The notes: generated from the letters alone by a model not told the origin. Positions 43,175 to 52,030 are shown, counted from the first letter of the stretch. The stretch is DNA of 64,000 nt from Clostridia bacterium (GCA_017516825.1 JAFXBC010000043.1:4019-68018), one strand, 5' to 3'. A program made the numbers and translations.

Positions 43175-44296
43175 GTGCTGATTCAATTGGAACAGGCAAA
43201 ATTATCCCTTCGCGACCTGGAGGCGGGGATCAACGATCTCAAGGCTTCCATCAAATTCGATACCTTGCAGCAGGAGGTTGCCGACCTGGAAATGAAGACC
43301 GGCGAGGCAGGCTTTTGGGACGATCCCCAGGAATCCCAGAAGATCTTAAAGGTCCTGAAGGTGAAGAAATCCCTTCTGGAAAACTACCTCCACCTTCGCC
43401 GCGTGTTTGACGATGTCTCCGTCCTCATCGATATGACCATCGAGGAGGATGACGAATCCATGGTGGACGACGTTCTGGCAGATCTGGAGGCCGTCCGCAA
43501 GGAATACGAGGAACAGCGCATCGAGGTGCTTCTCTGCGGGGAATACGACGGCAACAACGCCATCATCAGCATCCACCCCGGCGCAGGCGGTACCGAGGCT
43601 CAGGATTGGGCGCAGATGCTTTACAGAATGTACCTCCGCTATGCGGAACGTAAGAAGTTCAAGGTCAAGGTGCTGGATTACCTGGACGGCGACGAAGCGG
43701 GTATCAAATCCGTTTCCTTCCTGGTAGAGGGCACCAACGCCTACGGCTACCTTAAGAGCGAATCCGGCGTTCACCGCCTGGTCCGCGTCTCTCCCTTCGA
43801 TGCAGGCGGCAGACGGCAGACCTCCTTCGCTTCCGTTGAGGTGCTTCCCGAGTTCACCGATCAGAACGAGGGCATCGAGATCCGCGACGAGGATCTGCTC
43901 ATCGTTGCCCACCGTTCCAGCGGCGCAGGCGGCCAGCACGTCAACAAGACCGACTCCGCCATCCGCATTACCCACATCCCCACGGGCATCGTGGTGGGCT
44001 GTCAGACGGAGCGTAGCCAGGTGCAGAACAAAGAGACCGCCATGCGTATGCTGAAGAGTAAGCTTTTGGAGATCAAGGAGCGCGAGCATCTGGAGCGTAT
44101 CGAGGACATCACCGGCAACAAGATGAAGATCGAGTGGGGCAGCCAGATCCGTTCCTACGTCTTCATGCCCTACACCCTGGTAAAGGACAACCGCACCTCC
44201 TGCGAGACGGGTAATATCCAGGCAGTGATGGACGGCGAGCTGGACGACTTTATCAACGAATTTCTCAAGCTTTCCTGCAAGGGAACCGAGAACTGA
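43175..44296 (+). CDS. prfB: Peptide chain release factor 2, encoded in a single frame (no programmed +1 frameshift)
   Basis: GTG 43175 follows AGAGG. SPF and GGQ motifs (VSPFDAGGRRQTSFA, SGAGGQHVNKTDSA). The N-terminus reads continuously through the region where the CTT TGA frameshift site would sit. Confidence 0.9.
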   Translation: MLIQLEQAKLSLRDLEAGINDLKASIKFDTLQQEVADLEMKTGEAGFWDDPQESQKILKVLKVKKSLLENYLHLRRVFDDVSVLIDMTIEEDDESMVDDVLADLEAVRKEYEEQRIEVLLCGEYDGNNAIISIHPGAGGTEAQDWAQMLYRMYLRYAERKKFKVKVLDYLDGDEAGIKSVSFLVEGTNAYGYLKSESGVHRLVRVSPFDAGGRRQTSFASVEVLPEFTDQNEGIEIRDEDLLIVAHRSSGAGGQHVNKTDSAIRITHIPTGIVVGCQTERSQVQNKETAMRMLKSKLLEIKEREHLERIEDITGNKMKIEWGSQIRSYVFMPYTLVKDNRTSCETGNIQAVMDGELDDFINEFLKLSCKGTEN

Positions 44297-44328
44297 TCAT
44301 AACCACATACGGAAAGGAAGAAACACAC

Positions 44329-44616
44329 GTGAAAAAAGCAAAATTTATCGCAGGCCTTTGTCTCATCGGTCAATCCATCCTCTTTTTCATCCTGTTCTTG
44401 GTGTACTGGAACAAGTCCAAGAGCCTTTCCCGCACCCTTGCCGTGTTCTCCGCGGTAGGCGGCGTGGCAGGCGCTTACCTGGTGTTCAACGAGCTTCGTA
44501 ACCAGAAGATCTCCCGGGCTATGGAGGAGGACTTCGAGGATTACGACGTGGATTTCATCGAGGATCTTGAGGACATTTTCGACGGCGATATCGAGTGCGC
44601 CTTCGGAGAAGACTAA
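44329..44616 (+). CDS. Hypothetical small membrane protein with acidic C-tail
   Basis: GTG start follows AAGGAAG. Two hydrophobic helices, then a DFEDYDVDFIEDLEDIFDGD tail. No family recognised. Confidence 0.45.
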   Translation: MKKAKFIAGLCLIGQSILFFILFLVYWNKSKSLSRTLAVFSAVGGVAGAYLVFNELRNQKISRAMEEDFEDYDVDFIEDLEDIFDGDIECAFGED

Positions 44617-44631
44617 AGCCAAAAACAAGAA

Positions 44632-44658
44632 TCAGCACTCTCTATATGGGAGTGCTGA
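44632..44658 (+). promoter_or_regulatory. CIRCE-like HrcA operator upstream of htpG
   Basis: TCAGCACTC-N9-GAGTGCTGA versus consensus TTAGCACTC-N9-GAGTGCTAA (8 of 9 per arm, exact 9-nt spacer). Lies 92 nt before the htpG ATG. Confidence 0.6.
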
Positions 44659-44749
44659 TTTTAACATTTTTGTCACAAATACCCCGAAGTTCTTTCACAA
44701 CACGGGGGTATACTGCAAGTATCAGATCAAACAAAGGAGTGTGAATCAT

Positions 44750-46531
44750 ATGGCAAACGGTGCATTGTCGGTGGATACCGAGCATCTTTTTCCCATCATC
44801 AAAAAATGGCTGTATTCCGAGAAGGACATCTACCTCCGTGAGGTGCTGTCCAATTCCTGCGATGCGGTCACCAAGCATAAACGGTTGGTCTCCCTGGGTG
44901 AGGCGGCGGAAAGCGAGACTCCCTACCGCATCGACGTACGGGTAGACAAGGAAGCCCGCACCATCACCGTCTCCGACAACGGCATCGGTATGTCGGAAGC
45001 CGAGGTAGAGAAATACATCAACAACATCGCCCTGTCCGGGGCTGTGGACTTCATCTCCAAATACGAGGGAGAGGGAGGAAGCGGCATCATCGGCCACTTC
45101 GGCCTGGGCTTCTATTCCATGTTCATGGTGGCGGATAAGGTCACCATGGAGACCAAGTCCTACACCGACGCTCCCGCCGTGCTGTGGGAATGCACCGAGG
45201 CAGGCGCCTACGAAATGCAGCCCGGCACCCGTACCGAACGGGGCACCGAGATCACCATGTACCTCATGGAGGACGAGGAAGCCTACCTTTCCGCCGATGC
45301 CTTGAAGCCCATCCTGGAAAAATACTGCTCCTTCATGCCCGTGGAGATCTACCTCCACGACGGCGAAAAGGAGGAGCTGATCAACGAGACTACCCCGCTT
45401 TGGCAGAAGAACCCCGCCGATTGCAGCGACGAGGAGTACAAGGAGTTCTACCGCAAGCAATTCCACGATTACACCGACCCTCTGTTCTGGGTGCACATCA
45501 ACGCCGATTACCCCCTGAACTTCAAGGGCATCCTGTACTTCCCCCGCCGCAAGAACGCCTTCGACACCCAGGAGAGTGAGATCCGTCTTTTCTACAACTC
45601 CGTGTTCGTGGCGGACAACATCAAAGAAGTCTGCCCCGAGTTCCTGATCAACCTGAAGGGCGTTCTGGATTGCCCCGAGCTTCCCTTGAACGTCTCCCGC
45701 AGCTACCTGCAGAACGACGCCTACGTCCGCAAGGTATCCGCCCACATCGTCAAGAAGGTCTCCGACCGTCTCAACTTCCTCTTTAACGACAACCGCGAGG
45801 AGTTCGAAAAGAATTGGGAAGGCTTCAAGCCCTACATCCAGTATGGCTGTATCAAGGACAGCAAGTTTAACGACCGTGCCAAGGGCGTGATCTTGTTCGA
45901 GAAGGCAACCGGCGGCTGGAGCACCCTGTCCGAGTATCTGGAGGACAAGGAAGAAGGCACCGTTTACTATACCACCGATCCCAAGGCCCAGAGCTACTAC
46001 CTGGATCTGTACGCCGCAAAGAACATCCCCGTTCTGGTGTTCGATACCATCATGGACACCAACTATGCCCAGTTCTGTGAGAGCAAAAACGACAAGGTGA
46101 AGTTCCGCCGCATCGACGCCGACCTGGACGCCATCAAGGGAGAAGGGGAGACGGACACCGCATCCCTGGAGGCCCTCTTTAAGGCCGCCGTGGGCAAGGA
46201 AGACGCCAAGGTATCCTTCGTCACCCTGGGCAAAGAGGACGCCCCTGCGCTCCTCTCCGTCAGCGAGGAGAGCCGCCGTATGGCAGAGATGATGAGAATG
46301 TACAGTATGCAGGGCGAAGGCGACTTCTCCTTCCCCGTGGAGGAGATCCTCACCGTCAACGTGGGCAGCCCCCTGGTGCAGAAGCTGCAAACCCTCCCCG
46401 AAGGAGACGAAAAAGCGTCCCGCATCGCCAAGCATATCTACCTCTCCGCCGTGATGCTCGCCCGCCCCCTCACCCCCGAAGAACTCCGCGCCTACGTTGC
46501 CCTCAACCGCGAGATCCTGATGGCACTGTAA
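44750..46531 (+). CDS. htpG: Molecular chaperone HtpG (Hsp90)
   Basis: ORF 44567.. trimmed to ATG 44750, which follows AAAGGAG. Motifs YSEKDIYLREVLSNSCDA, DNGIGMS and GHFGLGFYS. Confidence 0.9.
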   Translation: MANGALSVDTEHLFPIIKKWLYSEKDIYLREVLSNSCDAVTKHKRLVSLGEAAESETPYRIDVRVDKEARTITVSDNGIGMSEAEVEKYINNIALSGAVDFISKYEGEGGSGIIGHFGLGFYSMFMVADKVTMETKSYTDAPAVLWECTEAGAYEMQPGTRTERGTEITMYLMEDEEAYLSADALKPILEKYCSFMPVEIYLHDGEKEELINETTPLWQKNPADCSDEEYKEFYRKQFHDYTDPLFWVHINADYPLNFKGILYFPRRKNAFDTQESEIRLFYNSVFVADNIKEVCPEFLINLKGVLDCPELPLNVSRSYLQNDAYVRKVSAHIVKKVSDRLNFLFNDNREEFEKNWEGFKPYIQYGCIKDSKFNDRAKGVILFEKATGGWSTLSEYLEDKEEGTVYYTTDPKAQSYYLDLYAAKNIPVLVFDTIMDTNYAQFCESKNDKVKFRRIDADLDAIKGEGETDTASLEALFKAAVGKEDAKVSFVTLGKEDAPALLSVSEESRRMAEMMRMYSMQGEGDFSFPVEEILTVNVGSPLVQKLQTLPEGDEKASRIAKHIYLSAVMLARPLTPEELRAYVALNREILMAL

Positions 46532-46554
46532 AACCGAATAGAGGACGACGAAAA

Positions 46555-46628
46555 AGAGGAACTTTTTAAAAAAAGTTCCTCTTTAAATCTCCTCAAAAAC
46601 TTCTCGTTCCGAAAACTGTCGTTTTCGG
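46555..46628 (+). repeat. Bipartite 3'-end hairpin module E3
   Basis: AGAGGAACTTTTT..AAAAAGTTCCTCT, linker TTAAATCTCCTCAAAAACTTCTCGTT, hairpin CCGAAAACTGTCGTTTTCGG. Begins 23 nt after the htpG stop. Confidence 0.8.
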
Positions 46629-46729
46629 GGGATGCTCAATATTACTGATTTCGCCCCGCGACAAAGCTTCACCAACGAAGAGGATAAGCAGGGGCGTACG
46701 ATATTTCCCGCTTGCGAAGCAAGCCTCGC

Positions 46730-46765
46730 CTTCCCCTATGGGGAAGGGGGACCGTCAGCGGACGG
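46730..46765. repeat. GC-rich double-hairpin element, type 2-like variant
   Basis: CTTCCCCTATGGGGAAG-GGGGAC-CGTCAGCGGACG. Confidence 0.5.
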
Positions 46766-47007
46766 AAAAAGCAAGAAAAAGCAAACTATACTTATCTCCG
46801 CAGACGGTGGATGAGGTTCCTATTGCCCTTCTTTCGAATCCATCTCGTCCGCCTATGTTCACCCCGCTCACTGCGAGACCGTAGGGGACGACGTCCTCCG
46901 GCGTCCCGCTTACGTGGAATCCGGCAGGGCTTTTCTCCATTGTCTGCCGCGTGCCTGAAAAGCGTTGAAAAAGGCTTAGTCTTTAGCCTTGTACCGAGCG
47001 CGAGGCG

Positions 47008-47048
47008 CCCCTTGGCAAGGGGAGCTGTCACCGCAGGTGACTGAGGGG
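47008..47048. repeat. GC-rich double-hairpin element, type 2, copy b
   Basis: CCCCTTGGCAAGGGG-AGCTGTC-[AC CGCAG GT]-GACTGAGGGG. Same flanks as copy a with a different inner stem. Lies 7 nt beyond the sigma-fusion stop at 47056. Confidence 0.7.
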
Positions 47049-47055
47049 ATCGTCC

Positions 47056-48678
47056 TTACAAATACAAGAACGCACCCACCGTCTTCCCGGTGTTCTCATT
47101 GTCCTGGAGCCACCCGTCCTTGACGGCTTGCTCCAAAACCTCCGAACGGTCAAACCCGGCATTTCTGCATGCCAGCTCGCAAAGATTCTGATCGTCGCGG
47201 AAACGGGCAGGCAGATCCTTCTTGATAACCTGATCGGAATACGCCGCAAGCTCCCCAAACGAGGCCTTCAGTTGTGTCGAAAGCCTGTCGACCTCCTCCT
47301 GCGCTTCCTTGTCAAGCAAATCCCAATACTTTCCGCAGCCCCAGCCGTCGAATACGAGGATCCGGGGCAGGTAACCTTCGCCGTCTTTTTCAACGTATCC
47401 GTAGCCCGCCAAAGCTTCCAGCATGGATGCATTGCATTCCTGCCATTTGCCTTCGGCAACCAGCTTCAGCGCATACCCTTCCTCGTGGGAAAGATGTTGC
47501 GGCGTTCGAGCGTTTATACCGCCGTGCATAAACTTGAATTGGTTAAAGCGGACCTCGGGAAGATCCTCACGGGTAGAGAAACAGCCGTGCTGACCCACAA
47601 AGGGGAGATGAGGGATTCGGGTGGTTTGACAGCCCACCACCTCCCACTTTCCGTTGTTCGGACGATCGCGGTATTCACACCGCGGCCTTTCATACCAGCG
47701 ATAGTGATCAAACGCGATCATCAACAAACTCCACTTAGCATCCTCGTAGGGGATGTACCCGCCGAAATAGTTCACACCCGCCTTTTCGCAAGCGTCGTGG
47801 AACGTATCCAGCAGCTTCTCCAACAGGGAAGTGATCTTTGCAGTCAAGGCGGCGTTTTTCTCTGCGATCTTTTCTTGGGCTTCTCTGCTGATGATGGGGA
47901 AATCCGTTTCATACTTGTCTCTATTCTTTACCAGGAACGTTTCTTTTACCAGATATTCCAATTCCTCTTCCATGTAGGGCAGAGCGATCCCCAGCTCCAA
48001 CGCCAGCTCTTCTGCGGTGGAAGGGTTGTTGTACGCCTCCAAAAGGATGTTCTTGTACATCCCGTGATTCAAAATGCTCCAGGGCTGTCCGTTGTCGCCG
48101 AAGGCAGTGCAGTTGTTGATAAACGTGATCTCTTCCGGCTGATAGCTTCTGACACCAAATTCTCTTGCCATGTTCATTCCTTCTTTCAATCGCTTTCTTC
48201 CTCGGTGGAGCTTGGATTCCACCGTTCCTTTGGGAAGTCCCGTGGTGCGGACGATGTCTCTGATCGACTTGTTTTCCAGATAATACCCGATGAGAATGTT
48301 GCGGTAATCCGACGAGATGAACGCCAGCTCACGCCTCAGCAGGGCGATCTGCTCCCTGCGGATCAGCTCATTCTCCGTCACCGCATTCTCGTCCTCGATC
48401 TCGTAGTCTGCTACGTCCGACCCAGCCAGGGTGTCTCTGCTTTTCCTTTTCAAGTCCGCCCAGCGGGCGTAGCGGTTCCTCGCTACCTGCCAGACGTAAG
48501 CGGGGAAGTCCTCGGGAACGGTACCTTTTCCCAAAGCCTCCAGAACGCACAGCAGGATCTCCGAGCAAAGGTCCTCCGCTTCATAGCTGTCACCCGTTTT
48601 TTTCAAACAGAAATAGAACAGCTTTTCCCCGTATTCCTCTGCCAGAGCCTTGATCAGATCTTCACGACGTTGCATCAT
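47056..48678 (-). CDS. ECF-like sigma-70-family factor fused to a ~360-aa soluble C-terminal domain
   Basis: Region 2 (EDLCSEILLCVL ... YVWQVARNRYA) and region 4 (NKSIRDIVRTTGLPKGTVESKLHRGRKRL). No TM segment in the extension. Confidence 0.8.
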   Translation of the reverse strand: MMQRREDLIKALAEEYGEKLFYFCLKKTGDSYEAEDLCSEILLCVLEALGKGTVPEDFPAYVWQVARNRYARWADLKRKSRDTLAGSDVADYEIEDENAVTENELIRREQIALLRRELAFISSDYRNILIGYYLENKSIRDIVRTTGLPKGTVESKLHRGRKRLKEGMNMAREFGVRSYQPEEITFINNCTAFGDNGQPWSILNHGMYKNILLEAYNNPSTAEELALELGIALPYMEEELEYLVKETFLVKNRDKYETDFPIISREAQEKIAEKNAALTAKITSLLEKLLDTFHDACEKAGVNYFGGYIPYEDAKWSLLMIAFDHYRWYERPRCEYRDRPNNGKWEVVGCQTTRIPHLPFVGQHGCFSTREDLPEVRFNQFKFMHGGINARTPQHLSHEEGYALKLVAEGKWQECNASMLEALAGYGYVEKDGEGYLPRILVFDGWGCGKYWDLLDKEAQEEVDRLSTQLKASFGELAAYSDQVIKKDLPARFRDDQNLCELACRNAGFDRSEVLEQAVKDGWLQDNENTGKTVGAFLYL

Positions 48679-48754
48679 GAAAACCTCCTTTCGATCATAT
48701 AGTGCACGAATTTGGCGTTTGCTTGCAAAAAAGCGAAAAACTTTTTCTCAATGG

Positions 48755-48785
48755 AAAAGACCCACGGTTACCCATGGGTCTTTTT
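48755..48785 (-). terminator. Terminator after SBP paralog B, separating it from the sigma-fusion gene
   Basis: GACCCATGG/CCGTGGGTC stem flanked by A/T runs. Confidence 0.7.
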
Positions 48786-48792
48786 CGTTTGA

Positions 48793-50328
48793 TCAGTCTA
48801 AGTTCTTGAAAACCTCGACGGTGTCGTTCATGGCTTTCTCAACACCGTTTGCAATGGTCTCCCAGCTGGAGACGAAGGTGTTGGTGCCGGACCATGCGAT
48901 ATTGTTCATGAATCCGGTGATGGAATTGGAATCGGACTCGCCGGAGCCGCCCCAGTTGAACACGGTGCCGAAGTCGTAGGTTCTGGAATCGAAGATCAGA
49001 TCCATCATGGCTTCGCTCTCGTCGTCCTGAATCTTACGCTCCTTCATGATGACCTCGATGTAAGCCTCGGTCACGGTATCGGTGGAAGCCTGCATCATCG
49101 CGTCTGCGATAACAGAGGACTTCTCCACGTCTTCCACGTTTACGGGAATGGCGATACAGGAAGCGTAAATAGTGGAAACACGGCAGTAGTAGTTCTCCTG
49201 TGCCTCCTCAAACTTGGGAGTGGGCAGAACGCCGAAGTTACAATCGTATTCACCCAGCGCCAGAATGGAGTTCAGAGAAACCGCGCGGAACAGGCAACGC
49301 TTGCTGGCGATGGCCTCGGTAGCTGCTACCCAAACGGTCTTGCCGTCTGCAACGGCGGTAGAACCAAAGCCTCTTGCGTTGTTGTCGATCTGACCGCAGG
49401 CGGTGGGATCGTTGACCAGATCAAAGATCTTGTTGAAGACCTTGGTGGCATTCTCGGAGTAAACGGTGATGATGGGCTCGTCGTTGTTATCCTTGTCGGT
49501 GAAACGCAAGCCGGAGCCGATGAACATACTGGAGATGAAGTTATGGTTTACCAGGAAACCATACCTATCCTCGTGCGTCCACTCGGACTGCCCGTCGATA
49601 TCCGCGGTGACCTTCTTGGCCATTTCCGCCAGCTTATCGATGGTCCATTTGCCGCTTTTTACCAGGTCGTAGGGGCTTTCCAGGTTGAAGTCCACCACAA
49701 CGTCCTTGTTAAACAGCAGAACGTGGGTCACGTCGGAGGCCAGCAGAGTCATATCACCGGTGAGGAAGTAGTTCTTCCCGCCGATGGAAAGGCCCTGCAC
49801 GCAGCCCTGATCGTAATAAGGCATATCCCAATGGATATTCTCCAACGTTCTCAGGTCGTAGAAATATCCCTGCTGAGCGGCGGTGGCCGCAACGGGAACG
49901 TAAGGCATTACGATATCGTACTCGCTGGTGCCCGCGGAAGCGTTCTCGCGCATGGTATTTGCCATTTCGGAGGAAGCGGAGGTGCGGAATTCTTCGATCT
50001 TTACGTCAAATCTTTCTTCCACCAGATCGTTACGATCCTGAATGGCAGAATTCAGCGTTTCATAAGAGTTGGGCTGAGGCATGACCTCCACGGACTTGTA
50101 GGTGTCCATGTAGTCGCCCTCTACCAGGAACTTTACCGTTTCGCCGCCGAAGGTGATCTCGGGCAGGTTGGAGAAGAGCACAAATTTTTCTTCCTCGGAA
50201 ACCTCGGATTCCACAGGAACGGATTCCGTGGAGGAGGAAGTGCCGGAAACAGTCTCTCCTGTCTCAGAGCAAGCTGCGAGGCTTGCCAGTAACAGAAAAA
50301 CAAGAGCTAACGCAAGAAGACGTTTCAT
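48793..50328 (-). CDS. Extracellular solute-binding lipoprotein, orphan (paralog B)
   Basis: Lipobox LLLASLAACSE. Aligns along its whole length with 50344..51900. Confidence 0.8.
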   Translation of the reverse strand: MKRLLALALVFLLLASLAACSETGETVSGTSSSTESVPVESEVSEEEKFVLFSNLPEITFGGETVKFLVEGDYMDTYKSVEVMPQPNSYETLNSAIQDRNDLVEERFDVKIEEFRTSASSEMANTMRENASAGTSEYDIVMPYVPVAATAAQQGYFYDLRTLENIHWDMPYYDQGCVQGLSIGGKNYFLTGDMTLLASDVTHVLLFNKDVVVDFNLESPYDLVKSGKWTIDKLAEMAKKVTADIDGQSEWTHEDRYGFLVNHNFISSMFIGSGLRFTDKDNNDEPIITVYSENATKVFNKIFDLVNDPTACGQIDNNARGFGSTAVADGKTVWVAATEAIASKRCLFRAVSLNSILALGEYDCNFGVLPTPKFEEAQENYYCRVSTIYASCIAIPVNVEDVEKSSVIADAMMQASTDTVTEAYIEVIMKERKIQDDESEAMMDLIFDSRTYDFGTVFNWGGSGESDSNSITGFMNNIAWSGTNTFVSSWETIANGVEKAMNDTVEVFKNLD

Positions 50329-50343
50329 GTAAGCGATCTCTCC

Positions 50344-51900
50344 TTAATCGTTGTTGTAGTAAGCATCCAGGGTGTCGTTCATATCGTTGATGACCGCGGA
50401 CTCGATGGTCTGCCACTGGGAGGTGAAGGTGTTGGAGCCGGAGATGGCGATAGCGTTCATGAAGCCGGAGATGGAGGCAAGATCGCCCTCGCCGGTGCCG
50501 CCCCAGTGATAGATGGAAGCCAGGTCGTAAACGCGGCTGTCAAAGATCAGCTGCAGCATATCTTCGCTTTCGGTATCCTGAACCTTACGGTCCTGCATGA
50601 TGGTCTGGAAGTAAGCGTACTTGGAGGTATTGGTGGAAGCCTGCATCAGAGCGTCGGTGATGATGGCAGACATCTCGGGATCTCTTACGTTCTTGGGGAT
50701 GGCTACGCAGGTAGCGTAAACGGTGGAAACACGGTTGTAGTAGTTGTCCTGAGACTCGTCCAGCTTGGGAGCAGGGAGAACGCCGAAGTCACATTCGTAG
50801 TCGCCCTGATCGAAGATATCGATAATCGCCATTGCGCGGAACAGCGCGCGATTCTCCGCGATGGATTCCAGAGCGGCAACCCAAACGGTCTTGCCTGCTG
50901 CGGAGGCGGTGGTGTTGTAGCCGTTGTTGGCTGCGCTGAACTGGCAAACTGCGGTGGTGTCGGTTACGAAGGAGTAGATCTTGTCGTAAACCCGTGCAGA
51001 AGACTCACTGCCCACTGCGATGATAGGCTCGTCGTTGTTGTTCTTGGTGGTGAAGCGCTGGCCTGCGCCGATGTAAAGGCTGTTCACGAAGTTGTCGTTT
51101 ACCAGGAAGCCGTAGGTATCCTTGTAGCCCCAGCCGGACTCGCCGTCGTCGTCAGCGGTGATGCCGCGGCACATTTCCAGCATCTTATCCAGGGTCCACT
51201 TGCCGGAGGTGACCAGCTCGTAGGGATTCTCCAGACCGCGCTCGTTGATCACGTTCTTGTTGAAGATGATGGCGTGAGTGCAAGCCAAAGACAGCAGAGA
51301 AAGGTCGCCGGTAACGAAATAGTTCTTGTTTGCAACGGAAAGGTCGCGAACGGAGCCCTGGTCGTAGTAAGGCATATTCAGATGGATCAGACCGTCGAAC
51401 ATAGCGTCGTTCAGATCGTAGAAGTGACCCTCGAGCGCCAGAGTAGCGGCGTCGCTCATGTAAGGCATGACCATGTCGTATTCGCTGGTACCTGCCACGG
51501 CGTTGGTGGTAAGGGTAGAGACCATCTCGGTGCTGGAGGTGGTACGGTATTCCTCAAATTCCACGCCGAACTGCTCGGTGATCAGGTCGTTACGTTCAGC
51601 CACGGCCTTCTTCAGGGTGTCGTAAGAGGACTCCTGAGGCATAAACTCAACGGACATGTAAGTGGTGATGTGGTCACCCTCAACGATGACCTTGAAGGTC
51701 TCGCCGGAGTAATCTACTTCGGGAAGGTTGGAGAAGAGGACGAATTCCTCCTCTTGGGAGGTTTCCTGAGAGGTGGTGCCGCCCACGTCGGAGGAAGGGG
51801 TAGAAGTGGTCTGTGCGCTATTGCCGCAAGCGGTCATCAGCAGAGAGAGCATGAGGACCAAAAGCAAGCAAAGGGAGAGAGAACGCTTGGTTTTCTTCAT
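50344..51900 (-). CDS. Extracellular solute-binding lipoprotein, orphan (paralog C)
   Basis: Lipobox LSLLMTACGN. Lies 15 nt upstream of paralog B. Confidence 0.8.
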   Translation of the reverse strand: MKKTKRSLSLCLLLVLMLSLLMTACGNSAQTTSTPSSDVGGTTSQETSQEEEFVLFSNLPEVDYSGETFKVIVEGDHITTYMSVEFMPQESSYDTLKKAVAERNDLITEQFGVEFEEYRTTSSTEMVSTLTTNAVAGTSEYDMVMPYMSDAATLALEGHFYDLNDAMFDGLIHLNMPYYDQGSVRDLSVANKNYFVTGDLSLLSLACTHAIIFNKNVINERGLENPYELVTSGKWTLDKMLEMCRGITADDDGESGWGYKDTYGFLVNDNFVNSLYIGAGQRFTTKNNNDEPIIAVGSESSARVYDKIYSFVTDTTAVCQFSAANNGYNTTASAAGKTVWVAALESIAENRALFRAMAIIDIFDQGDYECDFGVLPAPKLDESQDNYYNRVSTVYATCVAIPKNVRDPEMSAIITDALMQASTNTSKYAYFQTIMQDRKVQDTESEDMLQLIFDSRVYDLASIYHWGGTGEGDLASISGFMNAIAISGSNTFTSQWQTIESAVINDMNDTLDAYYNND

Positions 51901-51954
51901 AAAAAGAAGCCTCCATAAATTGTTTTTTGCAGTAAAACTGCACTATCTGCTGAT

Positions 51955-51983
51955 AGCATACCACAAATTTTTCATTTCGTCAA
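51955..51983 (-). promoter_or_regulatory. Promoter TTGACG-17-TATGCT (TG-extended) for the SBP pair
   Basis: Read on the minus strand. Confidence 0.6.
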
Positions 51984-52001
51984 GAAAAATTCCTGTTTTC
52001 T

Positions 52002-52030
52002 TTGACAAATGCAAAAAAATATGATATACT
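52002..52030 (+). promoter_or_regulatory. Promoter TTGACA-17-TATACT for phoH-ybeY-era-recO
   Basis: Read directly. Confidence 0.7.

Noticed and set aside
43146-43181. A possible programmed frameshift joining the short ORF MYMNIRGKRQC to prfB.
   Set aside because: The stop context TGC TGA T is unlike the canonical CTT TGA C with an upstream SD-like element. The downstream frame has its own GTG start with an AGAGG ribosome-binding site and aligns to RF2 from residue 1.
44630-44665. The hairpin after the small ORF 44329..44616, considered as a plain intrinsic terminator.
   Set aside because: Not fully rejected: it may terminate the upstream ORF. The arm sequence and the exact 9-nt spacer match CIRCE too well to be a generic terminator, so it is reported as an operator candidate.
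46632-47044. ORFs of 60-110 aa in the htpG / sigma-fusion spacer (46632..46814, 46712..47044, 46755..46940, 46792..47031).
   Set aside because: They overlap each other in several frames and are Arg/Gly/Pro-rich read-throughs of GC hairpins. They lack ribosome-binding sites. I treat them as artefacts of the repeat elements.
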